64,000 nucleotides of DNA from an uncultured Alphaproteobacteria bacterium. GTDB lineage: Bacteria; Pseudomonadota; Alphaproteobacteria; Rhizobiales; Xanthobacteraceae. Made by a program: the position numbers and the translations under genes. The stretch lies in assembly GCA_963738765.1 (NCBI GenBank), contig CAVTYA010000041.1:88099-152098 (forward strand), written 5' to 3'. The notes beneath the pieces are model-generated. The model had not been told where the DNA came from. It did not search any database and worked only from the letters and a program-made list of their open reading frames with translations. Shown here piece after piece: positions 25,593-38,224 of the stretch (position 1 is its first letter; every line of letters starts with the position of its first letter).

Positions 25593-25638
25593 CGGCGCTG
25601 CTCAGGAACCGACCCATCGCAACGACAGGAGGACTGAC

Positions 25639-26271
25639 ATGCGGATTTACTGGATCAAGGCGCAAGCGCCGCGGCGCGTGCTGGCGCTGGTCAAACATCT
25701 TGGCCTGAAGGCGGAGTTCGTCGAAGTGGACCTGATGGCCGGCGGCCTCAAAGTGCCGGAGTATGTCGCACTCAATCCTAACAAGAAGGCGCCAACACTG
25801 GTCGATGGCGACCTCTTGCTGTGGGAGGCGTCGGCGATCATGGCCCACCTCTGCATCAAACAAGGCTCGGACATGTGGCCGGCATCCAATCCGGCCGAGC
25901 AGGTCGAGGTCTTGCGCTGGCTCTCCTGGAACGACTGCCACTGGTCGCCGGCGGTCGCGCCGTTCTATTTCGAGCATATCGTCAAGACGACGTTTGGGAT
26001 GGGCAAGCCGAACAGCGAACAGCTCAACCTGAAAGTCCCTGACCTTGTGAAATTCGCCCGCGTGCTCGACGGGCATTTGGTCGGACGGCGTTATGTGGCT
26101 TGCGGCAGGCTCACCATCGCCGACTTCCAGCTAGCTTCGATGGCGACCTATTGGCGGCAGTCGGAAATGCCGATGGAGGCATTTCCGAACATTGTGCGTT
26201 GGATCGACGAATTGGAGCGGATTCCGGCATGGGCCAATCCCTGGCCTGGCGATGCACGGGCTGCGGCCTGA
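25639..26271 (+). CDS. glutathione S-transferase family protein
   Basis: LNPNKKAPTLVDGDLLLWEASAI, LTIADF; GGAGG RBS. Confidence 0.9.
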   Translation: MRIYWIKAQAPRRVLALVKHLGLKAEFVEVDLMAGGLKVPEYVALNPNKKAPTLVDGDLLLWEASAIMAHLCIKQGSDMWPASNPAEQVEVLRWLSWNDCHWSPAVAPFYFEHIVKTTFGMGKPNSEQLNLKVPDLVKFARVLDGHLVGRRYVACGRLTIADFQLASMATYWRQSEMPMEAFPNIVRWIDELERIPAWANPWPGDARAAA

Positions 26272-26336
26272 ACGAAACAGCGAAAAGCGGGCGGCAATGA
26301 AGGATTTTCTATTCGCTACTCGCTACTCGCCCCCGC

Positions 26337-28272
26337 TCAAATCTCGATCTCGGTCCCGAACTCGACCACCTGCCTGGTCGGCACGCCGAAGAACGCCGCC
26401 GAGCGTTCGGCGTTGCGCTGCAGGAACGCGAACACGCGTTTCCCGCCACACCCACATGCCCGGAACATCCTCGCGCGGGATGATGGTCTCGCGGCCGATG
26501 TAATAGGTGATGTCGGTGAGGTCGATGCCGGGCAGCTTGCCCTGCTTGCAGGCCAGCATCAGCCCGTCATAGATCGTCGGATACTGCATGAAGCCGTAAT
26601 GCAGGATGACCCGGGTGATGCCCGGGATGATCTCGATGACCTCGGCGCGGTCCTCGTCCGCAATGCGCGGGGATTCCTCGATCAGCACGGTGACCAGCAC
26701 CACGCGCTGGTGCAGGCACGTGGTTGTGCTTGACGAATTGCGTCAGCGCCAGCGGCACGCCCTTGGGCGACGACGCCAGGAACACGGCGGTGCCCGACAG
26801 CCTGGCATGGCACTTGTTGATGGCGGTCTCGATCAGATCCTCTTCCGGCTGGCGCAGCGCGCCGCGCGCCCGCTCGACCAGTTTGACGCCGCTGCGCCAG
26901 GTCAGCATCAGGAACGCGACGACGGCCGCGAGCAGCAGCGGAAACCAGCCGCCCTCGAACAGTTTGATCGAATTCGCCGCAAAGAAGATGCAGTCGATGA
27001 CGAAGAAGAAGCCGTTGACCGCGATCACGATGACCGGCGAATAGCCCCACTGGATCGCGACCAGCGCGGCCAGCAGCGTCGTGATCGCCATCAGCAGCGA
27101 CACCGCGATGCCGTAGGCGCCGGCCAGCGCGTCCGAGGTGCCGAAGCCGAGCACGGCGCCGAGCGTCGCCGCCGCCAGCAGCCAGTTCACCAGCGGCACA
27201 TAGATCTGGCCGATCGCATCGCTGGTGGTGTGCCGTGATCTGCATGCGCGGCAGGAAGCCGAGCTGGATCGATTGCTGGGTCAGCGAGAACACGCCGGAG
27301 ATGATCGCCTGCGAGGCGATCACGGTGGCGAGCGCCGCGAACGCGACCAGCGGATAGTGCAGCCAGTCCGGCGCGAGCTGGATAGAACGGATTGTCGATC
27401 GCGGTCGGATCGGTGATCAGCAGCGCCGGCCTGGCCGAAATAGTTCAGCACCAGCGCGGGCAGCGCGATCGCGAACCAGGCCAGCCGGATCGGGAAGCGG
27501 CCGAAATGCCCCATGTCGGCATACATCGCTTCGCCGCCGGTCACGGCCAGGAACGCCGCGCCGAGGATGGCGAAGCTGATGTGGAAATCCTGGTGGATCA
27601 GGAAGTCGAACGCATAGAGCGGGCTCAGCGCGGCCAGCACCGCCGGCGCCTTGACGATGCCGTGGATGCCGAGCGCGGCGAGCACGACGAACCAGACGAG
27701 CATGACCGGTCCGAAGATCTTGCCGATGAAGCCGGTGCCCTGCTTCTGCATCACGAACAGCCCGATCAGGATGACGATCGGTGATCGGCACCACGGCGGG
27801 CGTCAGCGACGGCGCATCGACCTTCAGGCCTTCGATCGCGCTCAGCACCGAGATCGCCGGCGTGATGGCGCCGTCGCCGTAGAGCAGCGCCGCGCCGATC
27901 AGGCCGACGACCAGCAGCTGCGCGCGCCAGGTGCCCGGCTGGGCGTTGCGCGCGCGAGAGCAGCGCCAGCAACGCGACGATGCCGCCTTCGCCGCGGTTG
28001 TCGGCGCGCAGGATCAGCAGCGCGTATTTGAGCGAGATGATGAGGATCAGCGCCCACAGGATCAGCGACACCACGCCGAGGATCGCCTCTGGCGTGAGCG
28101 CGCCGCCATGGGCGGCGGCCTTGGCGGCTTCCTTCAGCGCGTAGAGCGGGCTGGTGCCGATGTCGCCGTAGACGACGCCGAGCGCGCCGATCGTTGCTGC
28201 GACGGGAAGGGCGCTGGAATGGCCGGAGGCTGCGGCGGGCGTAGCGGTCACTGGCGACGCCCCCAAGGACAT
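26337..28272 (-). CDS. kup: KUP/HAK/KT potassium transporter (multiple frameshifts)
   Basis: [57 protein letters not shown] spread over several frames. Confidence 0.9.
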
Positions 28273-28433
28273 CGCGCCCGCCGGCCATCCGAGCGCCGAA
28301 CGCCAGTCTGCGACGACGTCGCAAATTGCCACGGATTCGTGCCGACGACCGACTGCGCTCGCAAATTACGAGCCCATGGGGCATCCCGAGGGCTCGATCC
28401 GAGCAACTGGACGGATAACTTGGTCAGCGGCGC

Positions 28434-28693
28434 TTATGGGGTGCGGTCGGCGGTGACCAGGCGGGCTTCGCGGATCGACGCGTCTTGGTGCCGGCGGCGC
28501 GCAGGCAGGAAGCTTCGAAGTTCGGCCAGGCCTGCTGCGAGCAGTCCCGGCCGACCGGGCGGATGTCGAGCCGGTCGCCCTTGGCGAGGGCCTGCGGCAC
28601 GCTGGCTTCGACCTGCGGGGCGAAGCCGGGCAGAACGGTGAGGGCGGCAGCGACAAACGCAGCAATGGCGATGGCGGAAAGAGCCTTGATCAT
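28434..28693 (-). CDS. small secreted hypothetical protein (frameshift near 3' end)
   Basis: signal peptide, KGDRLD..CSQQAWP..CLR. Confidence 0.7.
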
Positions 28694-28974
28694 GACGGTC
28701 CCCTGTCATTGGGCCTTCGCGGCCCGTCGTTTCGTTGGTCGACTTAGTAACCAGCGCCGGTTTCCGGATGTCTTCGCCAAGGCCGAAAATGGTTTCGTCC
28801 CGCCCGAGTTTTGTTTCGTCGCCGCATCGGCGACGAAACATTGCCGGCTGCCTAGAAGACGCGGCGACCCCGGAACTGGTTCAGTGGCCGATCGGAAATA
28901 AAAATCCGGGATCGCCCGGCAGCGGGAACCAGGCCCGGCTTGCCGGGCCGCCCGGGGCGGGGTAGACGGGGCCT

Positions 28975-29475
28975 ATGCCCCGTATCGCGCTCTATCCCGG
29001 CTCTTTCGACCCCGTCACCAACGGCCATCTGGACGTGGTCCGGCACGCCGTCGGCCTGTGCGACCGGCTGATCGTCGCGATCGGCGGTCCATCCCGGCAA
29101 AAAGCCGCTGTTTTCGACCGAGGAGCGGCTCGAGATGGTGCGGGCGGTGTTCGCCCCGGTCGCCGCCGAAGGCCGGCTGCGCGCTTCGACTGCACCACCT
29201 ATGACAACCTGACGGTCACCGCGGCCCAGAAGGCCGGCGCGACCATCATGATCCGCGGCCTGCGCGACGGCACCGACCTCGACTACGAAATGCAGATCGC
29301 CGGCATGAACGAGACCATGGCGCCGGAGGTGCACACCGTGTTCGTGCCGGCCTCGGTCGCCGTCCGCCCGATCACCGCCACACTGGTGCGCCAGATCGCC
29401 GGCATGGGCGGCGACGTCTCGGCATTCGTGCCGCCGTCGGTCGCCGCCAGCCTCAAGACCAAATTCGCCGGCTAG
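28975..29475 (+). CDS. coaD: phosphopantetheine adenylyltransferase (local compensating frameshifts)
   Basis: [30 protein letters not shown]. Confidence 0.93.
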   Translation: MPRIALYPGSFDPVTNGHLDVVRHAVGLCDRLIVAIGGPSRQKAAVFDRGAARDGAGGVRPGRRRRPAARFDCTTYDNLTVTAAQKAGATIMIRGLRDGTDLDYEMQIAGMNETMAPEVHTVFVPASVAVRPITATLVRQIAGMGGDVSAFVPPSVAASLKTKFAG

Positions 29476-29521
29476 CACCTGTTCCGAAGCCTTCCTGTCC
29501 GACTCTCGACCCGGAGTTTTC

Positions 29522-30077
29522 ATGATCCGAATTCTCGCCGTTCTCGCCGCGCTGGTCTGCGCGGCGCCCGCGATCGCCCAGCCGCTGCCCGCCAATCTCG
29601 ACAAGCAGAATGCGATCGTGATCGACACCACCAAGGGCCGCATCGTCATCAAGCTGCGGACCGATCTTGCGCCGCAAGCACGCCGAGCGCATCAAGCAGC
29701 TCGCGCGCGAGGGCTATTACAACAACGTGCCGTTCCACCGCGTGATCGACGGCTTCATGGCGCAGACCGGCGACGGCCAGAATTTCAACGGCACCGGCGG
29801 CTCGAAATATCCGAACCTGAAGGCCGGAGTTCTCCAGCGTGCCGTTCAAGCGCGGCATCGTCGGCATGGCGCGGCGCGGCGACAGCATCGACACCGCCAA
29901 TTCGCAGTTCTTCATCATGTTCGCGGACGGCTCGAGCCTGAACGGCCAGTACACCGTGATCGGCGAGGTCGTGTCGGGCATGGATGTGGTCGACAAGCTC
30001 AAGAAGGCGCGGTCGAGCCGGCGCGTCACGATCCCGACAAGATGGTGAAGGTGCAGGTCGCATCCGACATCAAGTGA
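29522..30077 (+). CDS. periplasmic cyclophilin-type peptidyl-prolyl isomerase (frameshifted)
   Basis: signal peptide; [21 protein letters not shown] in shifting frames. Confidence 0.88.
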
Positions 30078-30081
30078 GTCG

Positions 30082-30467
30082 ATGGCGGCGCCGCGCAGCA
30101 AGCCATCGCCTGGTTTGCCGCGGCGCTGCTGTGCCTCGCGTTGACCGGCGTGGCGCAGGCCGAGCCGCGACAGCTCGACACCATCAAGGACGTCGTCGCC
30201 AGACTGCACACGCTGCTGGAAACCGCCGCCGCTGTCGCGGCCAACCCGATCGACATCACGGTCATCGTCAGCTTCAACCGCGAGGGCGACATTCTCGGCC
30301 ACCCCAGGATCACCTATGAATCGGAACAGGCCACCGACAATGACCGGCTGCAATACCGCATCGCCGTGATGGAGACGTTGCAACGCTGCACGCCGATGCC
30401 ATTTACCGAAGGCATGGGCGGCGCCGTTGCCGGCCGGCCTTTCGCGATCCACTTTCAGAACCCGTAA
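30082..30467 (+). CDS. secreted hypothetical protein (TolA/TonB C-terminal-like, frameshifted)
   Basis: ITVIVSFNREG..GHPRITY...LQRCTPMPFT. Confidence 0.55.
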
Positions 30468-30498
30468 ACCTCCACCCACAACCGACAGAGAAAAGAGC

Positions 30499-30963
30499 AT
30501 GGCTGTCACCGAAAATACTTTGATCCTCGAGACCACCCAGGGCCCCGTCACCATCGAAATGCGGCCCGATCTTGCACCCGGCCATGTCGCGCGGATCAAG
30601 GAACTGGTGCGCGAGGGCTTTTACGACGGCATCGTGTTCCATCGCGTGATCGACGGCTTCATGGCGCAGACCGGCTGCCCGCACGGCACCGGCACCGGCG
30701 GTTCCGGCAAGAAGCTGAAGGCCGAGTTCAACAAGGAGCCGCATGTGCGCGGCACCACCTCGATGGCGCGCGCCGCGAGCCCCGATTCCGGCGACAGCCA
30801 GTTCTTCATCTGCTTCGACGACGCCTCGTTCCTCAACGGCCAGTACACGGTCTGGGGCAAGGTGACCGACGGCATGGAGAATGTCGACAAGATCAAGCGC
30901 GGCGAGCCGGTGAAGAATCCGGACAAGATCGTCAAGGCGCACATGGCCGCCGACGCGGCGTGA
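30499..30963 (+). CDS. cytoplasmic cyclophilin-type peptidyl-prolyl isomerase
   Basis: [35 protein letters not shown]. Confidence 0.93.
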   Translation: MAVTENTLILETTQGPVTIEMRPDLAPGHVARIKELVREGFYDGIVFHRVIDGFMAQTGCPHGTGTGGSGKKLKAEFNKEPHVRGTTSMARAASPDSGDSQFFICFDDASFLNGQYTVWGKVTDGMENVDKIKRGEPVKNPDKIVKAHMAADAA

Positions 30964-31078
30964 CGTACAGCAGTCCGCGCTGTCGATGCTCCGCACGGGC
31001 TCTGCACCCGTGTGCCGCGGAGCAGGTGCAAGAGCCGCGCTCCGCGGATGCGCCAGCGTGAGCGAGCCGGCTAACGCC

Positions 31079-32152
31079 ATGCGCACCGATCTCTTCGACT
31101 TCGAACTTCCGCCCGAACGCATCGCGCTGCGGCCGGCGAGCCCGCGCGATTCTGCGCGAATGCTGGTGGTGCAGGCCGGACGGCGTGTTGCGCGACCGCA
31201 CCGTCGCCGATCTGCCGCAATGGCTGGAGCCCGGCGACCAGCTGGTCGTCAACGACACCAAGGTGATCTCGGCGCAGCTCAAGGGCCGCCGCATCGGCCG
31301 GGATACCGAACCCAGGATCGAGGCGACACTGATCAAGCGGCTCGACGGTTCGCGCTGGCAGGCGCTGGTCAAGCCGGCCAAGAAACTGGCGCCGGGCGAC
31401 GTGGTTCGCTTCGGCAATGAAGGCAAGGTCTGCCTGCTCGGCCATCTCGACGCCGAGGTCGAGGCCAAGGGCGACGACGGCGAGGTGACGCTGTCGTTTT
31501 CGTTTCACGGGCCGACGCTTGACCAGGCCATCGCCGATCTCGGCGCGCCGCCGCTGCCGCCCTACATCGCCTCCAAGCGCACGCCCGACGATCGGGACGC
31601 TGCCGACTACCAGACCATGTTCGCGGCCAATGAGGGCGCGGTCGCAGCTCCCACGGCCGGATTGCACTTCACGCCGGCGCTGGAAGCCGCCTTGCGCGGC
31701 CGCGGCGTCGAACTGCATCGGCTGACGCTGCATGTCGGGGCAGGGACCTTTCTGCCGGTCAAGGTCGAGGAGACCGCCGAGCACCGGATGCACGCCGAAT
31801 GGGGCTGCATCTCCGCCGACGACCGCTGACGCGTTGAACGCGGCGCGCGCCAAAGGCGGCCGCATCGTCGCGGTCGGCACCACCTCGTTGCGGCTATTGG
31901 AGAGCGCGGCGGCCGAGGACGGCACCATCCAGCCGTTCGACGCGCGAGACCTCGATCTTCATCACGCCGGGCTATCGCTTCCGCGCGGTCGATATTCTCC
32001 TGACCAATTTCCACCTGCCGCGCTCGACGCTGTTCATGCTGGTGTCGGCCTTCTCCGGCCTCGAGACCATGAAACACGCCTATGCGCATGCGATCGCCGG
32101 CGGTTATCGCTTCTATTCCTATGGCGATGCGACTTTGCTGTTCCGCAGGTAA
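31079..32152 (+). CDS. queA: S-adenosylmethionine:tRNA ribosyltransferase-isomerase (frameshifted)
   Basis: [53 protein letters not shown]. Confidence 0.95.
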
Positions 32153-32184
32153 TCGAAGCGTAACCTTGTGCTGCCATTGATTCG

Positions 32185-33384
32185 ATGGCGCTATGGGGCG
32201 GCGAAGGCTCGCCGATCCGGTTCAGCGATCAGTTGAGGAACCGCAACTTGCTGGCTCCGCCAGAGCAGACCATAGAGGCCCCGCTCACCGAACGGACCTT
32301 CGTCGCGCTCGATGGATTGCGCGGCGTCGCGGCCATCATGGTGGCCCTGCGGCACGCGCCGTTTCTCTGGGCTATCCCGGCTACACCGACCGGATGGATG
32401 AGGAACAGCTATCTGGCGGTCGACCTGTTCTTCGTGCTGTCGGGTTTTGTGCTCGAGCACGCCTACGGCAGACGTTTTCGCGAAGGAATGTCGGTTCGGG
32501 CATTCATGCTCGCCCGGCTGCAACGGCTCTACCCGCTATACGTCCTGGCCTTCATCCTGGCGCTGCCGTTTCTCTTCGGCCTGCTTCGCGACGGAGCGCT
32601 GGGACCGGCGCAAGCTGTCATCGACTTCCTGTGCGGCGCGCTGATGCTGCCGACCCCGAATATTGCGTACTCCCAGGCGGATCTGTACCCGCTCAACTTC
32701 GCGGCCTGGTCGCTGTTTTTCGAATTGCTCGCAAACTTGCTGTTCGCAGCGTTCGGCAGGCGGCTGGGCACAAAATCCCTGATCTGGCTCGTCGGCGGGT
32801 TCGCTGTCGCACTTGCCCTGTGCGCCACGGCAGGATGGCTCGGGTTCGGCATTGAAGTCGACAAGCGCGGCGTGCTGGGCGGCGGACCGAGCTGGGAGAC
32901 CTTTGGCGCTGGTGTGCTGCGGGTCGGCTTCTCGTTCTTCGCCGGCGTCCTGATCTACCGCTTCTACGACAGCAAGCGACGGCCGCCGGCAAGCCTCGGC
33001 TTCGCCGTCGCCGCGTTTGCCGTCGTGACCGGAATTCTGGCGCTGGGTTTTTCCGCGGATATCGATCTGCCGGCGACCCTGTTGTCGGTGATCATCATCT
33101 TTCCGCTTGCGATCATGATTTGCGCGCGTTTCGATCCACCGAAAGGCGTTTTGAAAAACACCATGCTGAGTCTCGGGCTGCTTTCCTACGGGCTATACGT
33201 GTTGCAGGGGGTGATGTTCTACGCGGTGGAGTTCTGCGCCCGGCATCTCCAGATCCAATCGGTCTGGATCGGGCTTTTGTCGGTGCCGGTCGTTGCGGCG
33301 GTCGCCTATGCCGCTACCGTCTTCATCGATCTTCCGGCCAGGCGCCGGATGAAGCAGGCGGTGAGGGGACCGACTAAAGCGTGA
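32185..33384 (+). CDS. acyltransferase 3 (OafA/NolL-like) membrane protein
   Basis: LDGLRGVAA, AVDLFFVLSGF, RLQRLYP, WSLFFE, LGLLSYGLY. Confidence 0.9.
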   Translation: MALWGGEGSPIRFSDQLRNRNLLAPPEQTIEAPLTERTFVALDGLRGVAAIMVALRHAPFLWAIPATPTGWMRNSYLAVDLFFVLSGFVLEHAYGRRFREGMSVRAFMLARLQRLYPLYVLAFILALPFLFGLLRDGALGPAQAVIDFLCGALMLPTPNIAYSQADLYPLNFAAWSLFFELLANLLFAAFGRRLGTKSLIWLVGGFAVALALCATAGWLGFGIEVDKRGVLGGGPSWETFGAGVLRVGFSFFAGVLIYRFYDSKRRPPASLGFAVAAFAVVTGILALGFSADIDLPATLLSVIIIFPLAIMICARFDPPKGVLKNTMLSLGLLSYGLYVLQGVMFYAVEFCARHLQIQSVWIGLLSVPVVAAVAYAATVFIDLPARRRMKQAVRGPTKA

Positions 33385-33634
33385 AGGGTAGGGTGGGTTA
33401 GCGACGCGCAACCCACCGAACCACCCGACGCTGGTGTCGGTCTTCAGTAGTTGACCCCTCCGCAATGGCTCTCTACCGCTGAGGGCCCGACGTGACCGCG
33501 GTTGAGCCTCACGACTGCGCCGGACCCGCAGTCCCTGATGTGACGATGTTTGGCTCACTAAGTCGTCCCGGCGAACCGCGCTCGCGGCCGGGCGCGGGCA
33601 GTAGCGATTGCCCGCGCCTGGCCGACGATTTACT

Positions 33635-34664
33635 TCACGCCGTCACGCGCTGCGGCAGCAGCTCCGCGATCTGCACCGCGTTCAGCGCCGCTCCCTTCAG
33701 CAGCTGGTCCGCGGCCACGAACATCGAGATCGAATGGCCGGTGGGATCGCTGAGATCCTTGCGGATGCGGCCGACCAGGACGTCGTCCTGGCCTGAGGCA
33801 TCGATCGGCATCGGGAAATAGTTCTTCACCCGATCGTCGACGATCTTCGACGCCCGGCGCGTGCGGCAGGATCGCGCGCACCTCGTCTTCGCTGATCGGC
33901 CTTTCGCATTCGAAGGTGATCGCCTCGCAATGCGCGCGCAGCACCGGCACGCGGACGCAGGTGACGCCGATGGCGATCCGCTCGTCTTCGAAGATCTTTC
34001 GGGTCTCCTTGATGACCTTGGTCTCTTCGTCGTTGTAGCCGGTCTCAGGATCGATCGCGGTGTTGTGGCTGAACAGGTTGAAGGCATAGGGATGCGGCAT
34101 GCACCTTGGGCTGATAACGCCTCGCCGTCGAGATGGGCGCGGGTCGATTCCACCAGTTCCTCCATCGCCGCGGCGCCCGCGCCGCTGGCCGCCTGATAGG
34201 TCGACAGGATCAGGCGCTTGATGCGGTTGCTGCGGTGGATCGGCCACAGCGGCACCAGCGCGGTGATCGCGGCGCAGTTCGGGACGGCGATGATGCCCTT
34301 GTGCTCCCGGATCCGGCCCGCGTTGATCTCGGGGATCACCAGCGGCACGTTCGGGTCCATCCGGAAGGCGGAGGAATTGTCGATCACGACGGCGCCGGCC
34401 TTGACCGCGATCGGCGCGAACTTTCGGGAAATGCCGCCGCCGGCCGAGAACAGCGCGATGTCGACGCCGTCGAAGGAACGCTCGGTGAGCTCCTCGATCA
34501 CGATCTTCTGCCCGCGAAAATCGATGGTCTTGCCGGCCGAGCGCGCGCTCGCCAGCGCCTTGAGCTTGCCGAACCGGAAAGCCGCGCTTGTCCATGGTGG
34601 CGATGAATTCGGCGCCGACGGCGCCGGTCACGCCGACAATGGCAACAACGGGATCGTTCTTCAC
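33635..34664 (-). CDS. asd: aspartate-semialdehyde dehydrogenase (frameshifted)
   Basis: VAIVGVTGAVG, VIDNSSAFRM, PNC, STYQAASGAG, TCVRVPV, DQLLKGAALNAVQIAE. Confidence 0.93.
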
Positions 34665-34732
34665 TTCTCTCTCCATCTATTTGAGCATGATCTTCTGGGA
34701 AAACCGGTGGTCCGGATCATGCTGCAGGCAAT

Positions 34733-34765
34733 AAAAAAGCCCCGGACCTTTTCAGGCGGGGCTTC
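34733..34765 (-). terminator. attenuator terminator upstream of asd
   Basis: minus strand GAAGCCCCG-cctgaaaaggtc-CGGGGCTTTTTT. Confidence 0.85.
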
Positions 34766-34790
34766 GGTTCAGATGATGCGATCGTTACGA

Positions 34791-34862
34791 CTACGCGCGC
34801 ACGCCTCCCGAGGCCCCAGAGGGTGCTTTGGTTTTCGCGGTGCGTTTGGTGGTCGTGATCAT
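34791..34862 (-). CDS. asd leader peptide MITTTKRTAKTKAPSGASGGVRA
   Basis: 23-codon ORF with clustered Met/Ile/Thr/Lys codons ending just before the terminator. Confidence 0.8.
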   Translation of the reverse strand: MITTTKRTAKTKAPSGASGGVRA

Positions 34863-34970
34863 GGCGCGGACTTATGCTGGAAAGTTTGACCGGCGTCAAC
34901 GGCTTTTGGGCCGAAAATCGGCGTCAACGAGGTTGAACAGGACGTGCATTGTCACGCCATAAGCTGACCC

Positions 34971-36135
34971 ATGAGCGTTCCCAATCACTTCGAACTGCTC
35001 GCAACCGACGGCGCCGCCCGCACCGGCAAACTGACCACGCCGCATGGCGTGGTGCGGACGCCGGCCTTCATGCCGGTCGGCACCGCCGGCGCCATGAAGG
35101 GCATGCACTGGCGCGAGGTGCGCGAGGCCGGCGCCGATATCGTGCTCGGCAACACCTATCATCTGATGCTGCGGCCGGGCGCCGAGCGGATCGCGGCTCT
35201 CGGCGGCCTGCAGACATTTCACCGGCTGGAACGGACCGATGCTGACCGACTCCGGCGGCTTCCAGGTGATGTCGCTGTCGGAGCTGCGCAAGGTCACCGA
35301 GCAGGCCGTGACCTTTCGCTCGCATATCGACGGCGCCAAGGTCGAATTGTCGCCGGAGCGCTCGATCGAGGTGCAGCGGCTGCTCGGCTCCGACATCGCC
35401 ATGCAGATGGACGAATGCGTGCGGCTGCCGGCGGAGCGCGGCGATATCGAGCGCGCGATGCAGCTCTCGCTGCGCTGGGCCGAGCGCAGCAAGCGCGCGT
35501 TCGAGACCGCGCCGGCGGGCTACATGCTGTTCGGCATCGTGCAGGGCGGCGACGTGCCCGAACTGCGCCACGCCAGCGCGCGCGGCCTGGTCGAGATCGG
35601 CTTTCACGGCTACGCGATCGGCGGCCTTGCGGTCGGCGAGCCGCAGGCGGTGATGCTGGCCATGATCGAGGAGACCGCGCCGCTTCTGCCGCAGGATCGT
35701 CCGCGCTATCTGATGGGCGTCGGCACGCCCGAAGACATTCTGGAGGCGGTGGCGCGCGGCATCGACATGTTCGACTGCGTGATGCCGACGCGCAACGGAC
35801 GTCACGGCATGGCGTTCACGCGGTTCGGCCAGATCAATCTGCGCAACGCCCGCCACGCCGACGATCCGCGGCCGCTCGATGAGGAGAGCCCGTGGCCGTC
35901 GACGCGCGACTATTCGCGCGCCTATCTGCATCATCTGGTCAGATCGGGCGAGACGCTCGGCGCGATGCTGCTGTCGGAAATCAACGTCGCCTATTACCAG
36001 CACCTGATGCAGGACATCCGCGACGCGATCGCGGGCGGAACATTTGAGGATTTCGCGAAACAAACGCGCGCCGGTTGGGCGCGCGGGGACATTGCATCGC
36101 GACGATCGAAGATCAGTTACAGGCGAACCGCTTGA
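34971..36135 (+). CDS. tgt: queuine tRNA-ribosyltransferase (frameshift ~35220)
   Basis: [46 protein letters not shown]. Confidence 0.95.
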
Positions 36136-36328
36136 CCGAATGCTTGGTCACGAAACCGTAACCGCAGGTGTCGCAGGTCCAGAGATAGCTGATGACGTTG
36201 TCGTGCAGATAGGCGGACGCTTCCGCGGCCACCATGGAGTCCGCGCAAACCGGGCAGGTCGGCAAATCACATCCACGCGGGTCGGGCCTAGACGCGACGG
36301 TCGACAGGACTTCAGCAACTGCTGGCAT
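36113..36328 (-). CDS. small zinc-ribbon hypothetical protein
   Basis: CPVC...WTCDTCGY; GGAGG RBS. Confidence 0.75.
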   Translation of the reverse strand: MPAVAEVLSTVASRPDPRGCDLPTCPVCADSMVAAEASAYLHDNVISYLWTCDTCGYGFVTKHSVKRFACN

Positions 36329-36566
36329 CGTGACCTCCTTGCGATCTGAACCTGAGCTTGACTGCGACTCAACTTATACACCGATTTGTTTGACGATGTC
36401 GCAACACAAATGCGTTGGTTTCACGTTATTTGAGCTGCGCTAATGATTTTGCAATGCAGCGAATTTTTGACTCCAGCGATTTCTGGCTTGCACACGCGGC
36501 GCGCGCTGCACCTAACTGAGGAACAGCGCCGAATTCCGCGCAAATTATCGCCACAGGAGTTTCGTG

Positions 36567-37545
<979 letters not shown>

Positions 37546-37547
37546 TG

Positions 37548-37788
37548 ATGGCCGATCAACCGAGACGACCGAGAACGCTGAACGACGCACGCACCGAGGC
37601 GGAGGCGGCGTTCAAGACGCACCACCACCAAGGTGGCGGAGGCGCCGCCGAAGACCACAGCGATTCCAGGCGTCAAGGAACTGGTCTCGCTGCGGATCGA
37701 CCAGGACGTGCTCGAATACTTCCAGGAGGGCGGTCCGGGCTGGCAGGATCGCATCAACGACGCGCTGCGAAAGGCCGCGGGCAAATAG
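37548..37788 (+). CDS. BrnA-family antitoxin-like RHH protein (frameshifted)
   Basis: C-terminal VSLRIDQDVLEYFQEGGPGWQDRINDALRK. Confidence 0.8.
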
Positions 37789-37799
37789 GCGACGGCCAA

Positions 37800-38153
37800 G
37801 TGCGCCTGCGCCCGGCCGATGTCCTGATCGCTCTTTCGATCTCCCTCGGCGCGCTGTTGGCCGGCTTGCCGGCGGATCCGGCGTTCGCCGAGGCTGTGCC
37901 GGTCAACTGCATGATTTTGCCGGGCGAGGAAATCGCCAGCATCCTGATCACGAACTCGCTCGCCGTCGACGGCTCCTGCATCGTCACGTGCAAATTCGCG
38001 ACCACCAAATACGACAACAATCCGCAGATTACCTGCGCCAAACCGGTGCCGGCGGGCAAGGAAGTCGAAATGTGCCGGCTGACGTCGGGCGGCGACAAGT
38101 ATGTGAAACTGATCGAAGAGCATGGGGAGTGCACGCAACTACCCGCCCCCTGA
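37800..38153 (+). CDS. secreted Cys-rich hypothetical protein
   Basis: signal peptide, six Cys. Confidence 0.6.
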   Translation: MRLRPADVLIALSISLGALLAGLPADPAFAEAVPVNCMILPGEEIASILITNSLAVDGSCIVTCKFATTKYDNNPQITCAKPVPAGKEVEMCRLTSGGDKYVKLIEEHGECTQLPAP

Positions 38154-38176
38154 ACGAAAAAGGCTGCCCTTCAATG

Positions 38177-38204
38177 AAAAAAGCCCGGACCTGCCCGGGC
38201 TTTT
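38177..38204. terminator. bidirectional intrinsic terminator
   Basis: AAAAAAGCCCGG-ACCTGC-CCGGGCTTTT. Confidence 0.8.
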
Positions 38205-38224
38205 CCCTGTGAAGTAGCTCGGAC

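Noticed and set aside
34682-34722. hairpin between the asd attenuator and its RBS as a second regulatory element
   Set aside because: GCATGATCTT...GGATCATGC matches a dispersed palindromic repeat also present at ~58331-58400, so it is probably a REP-like insertion
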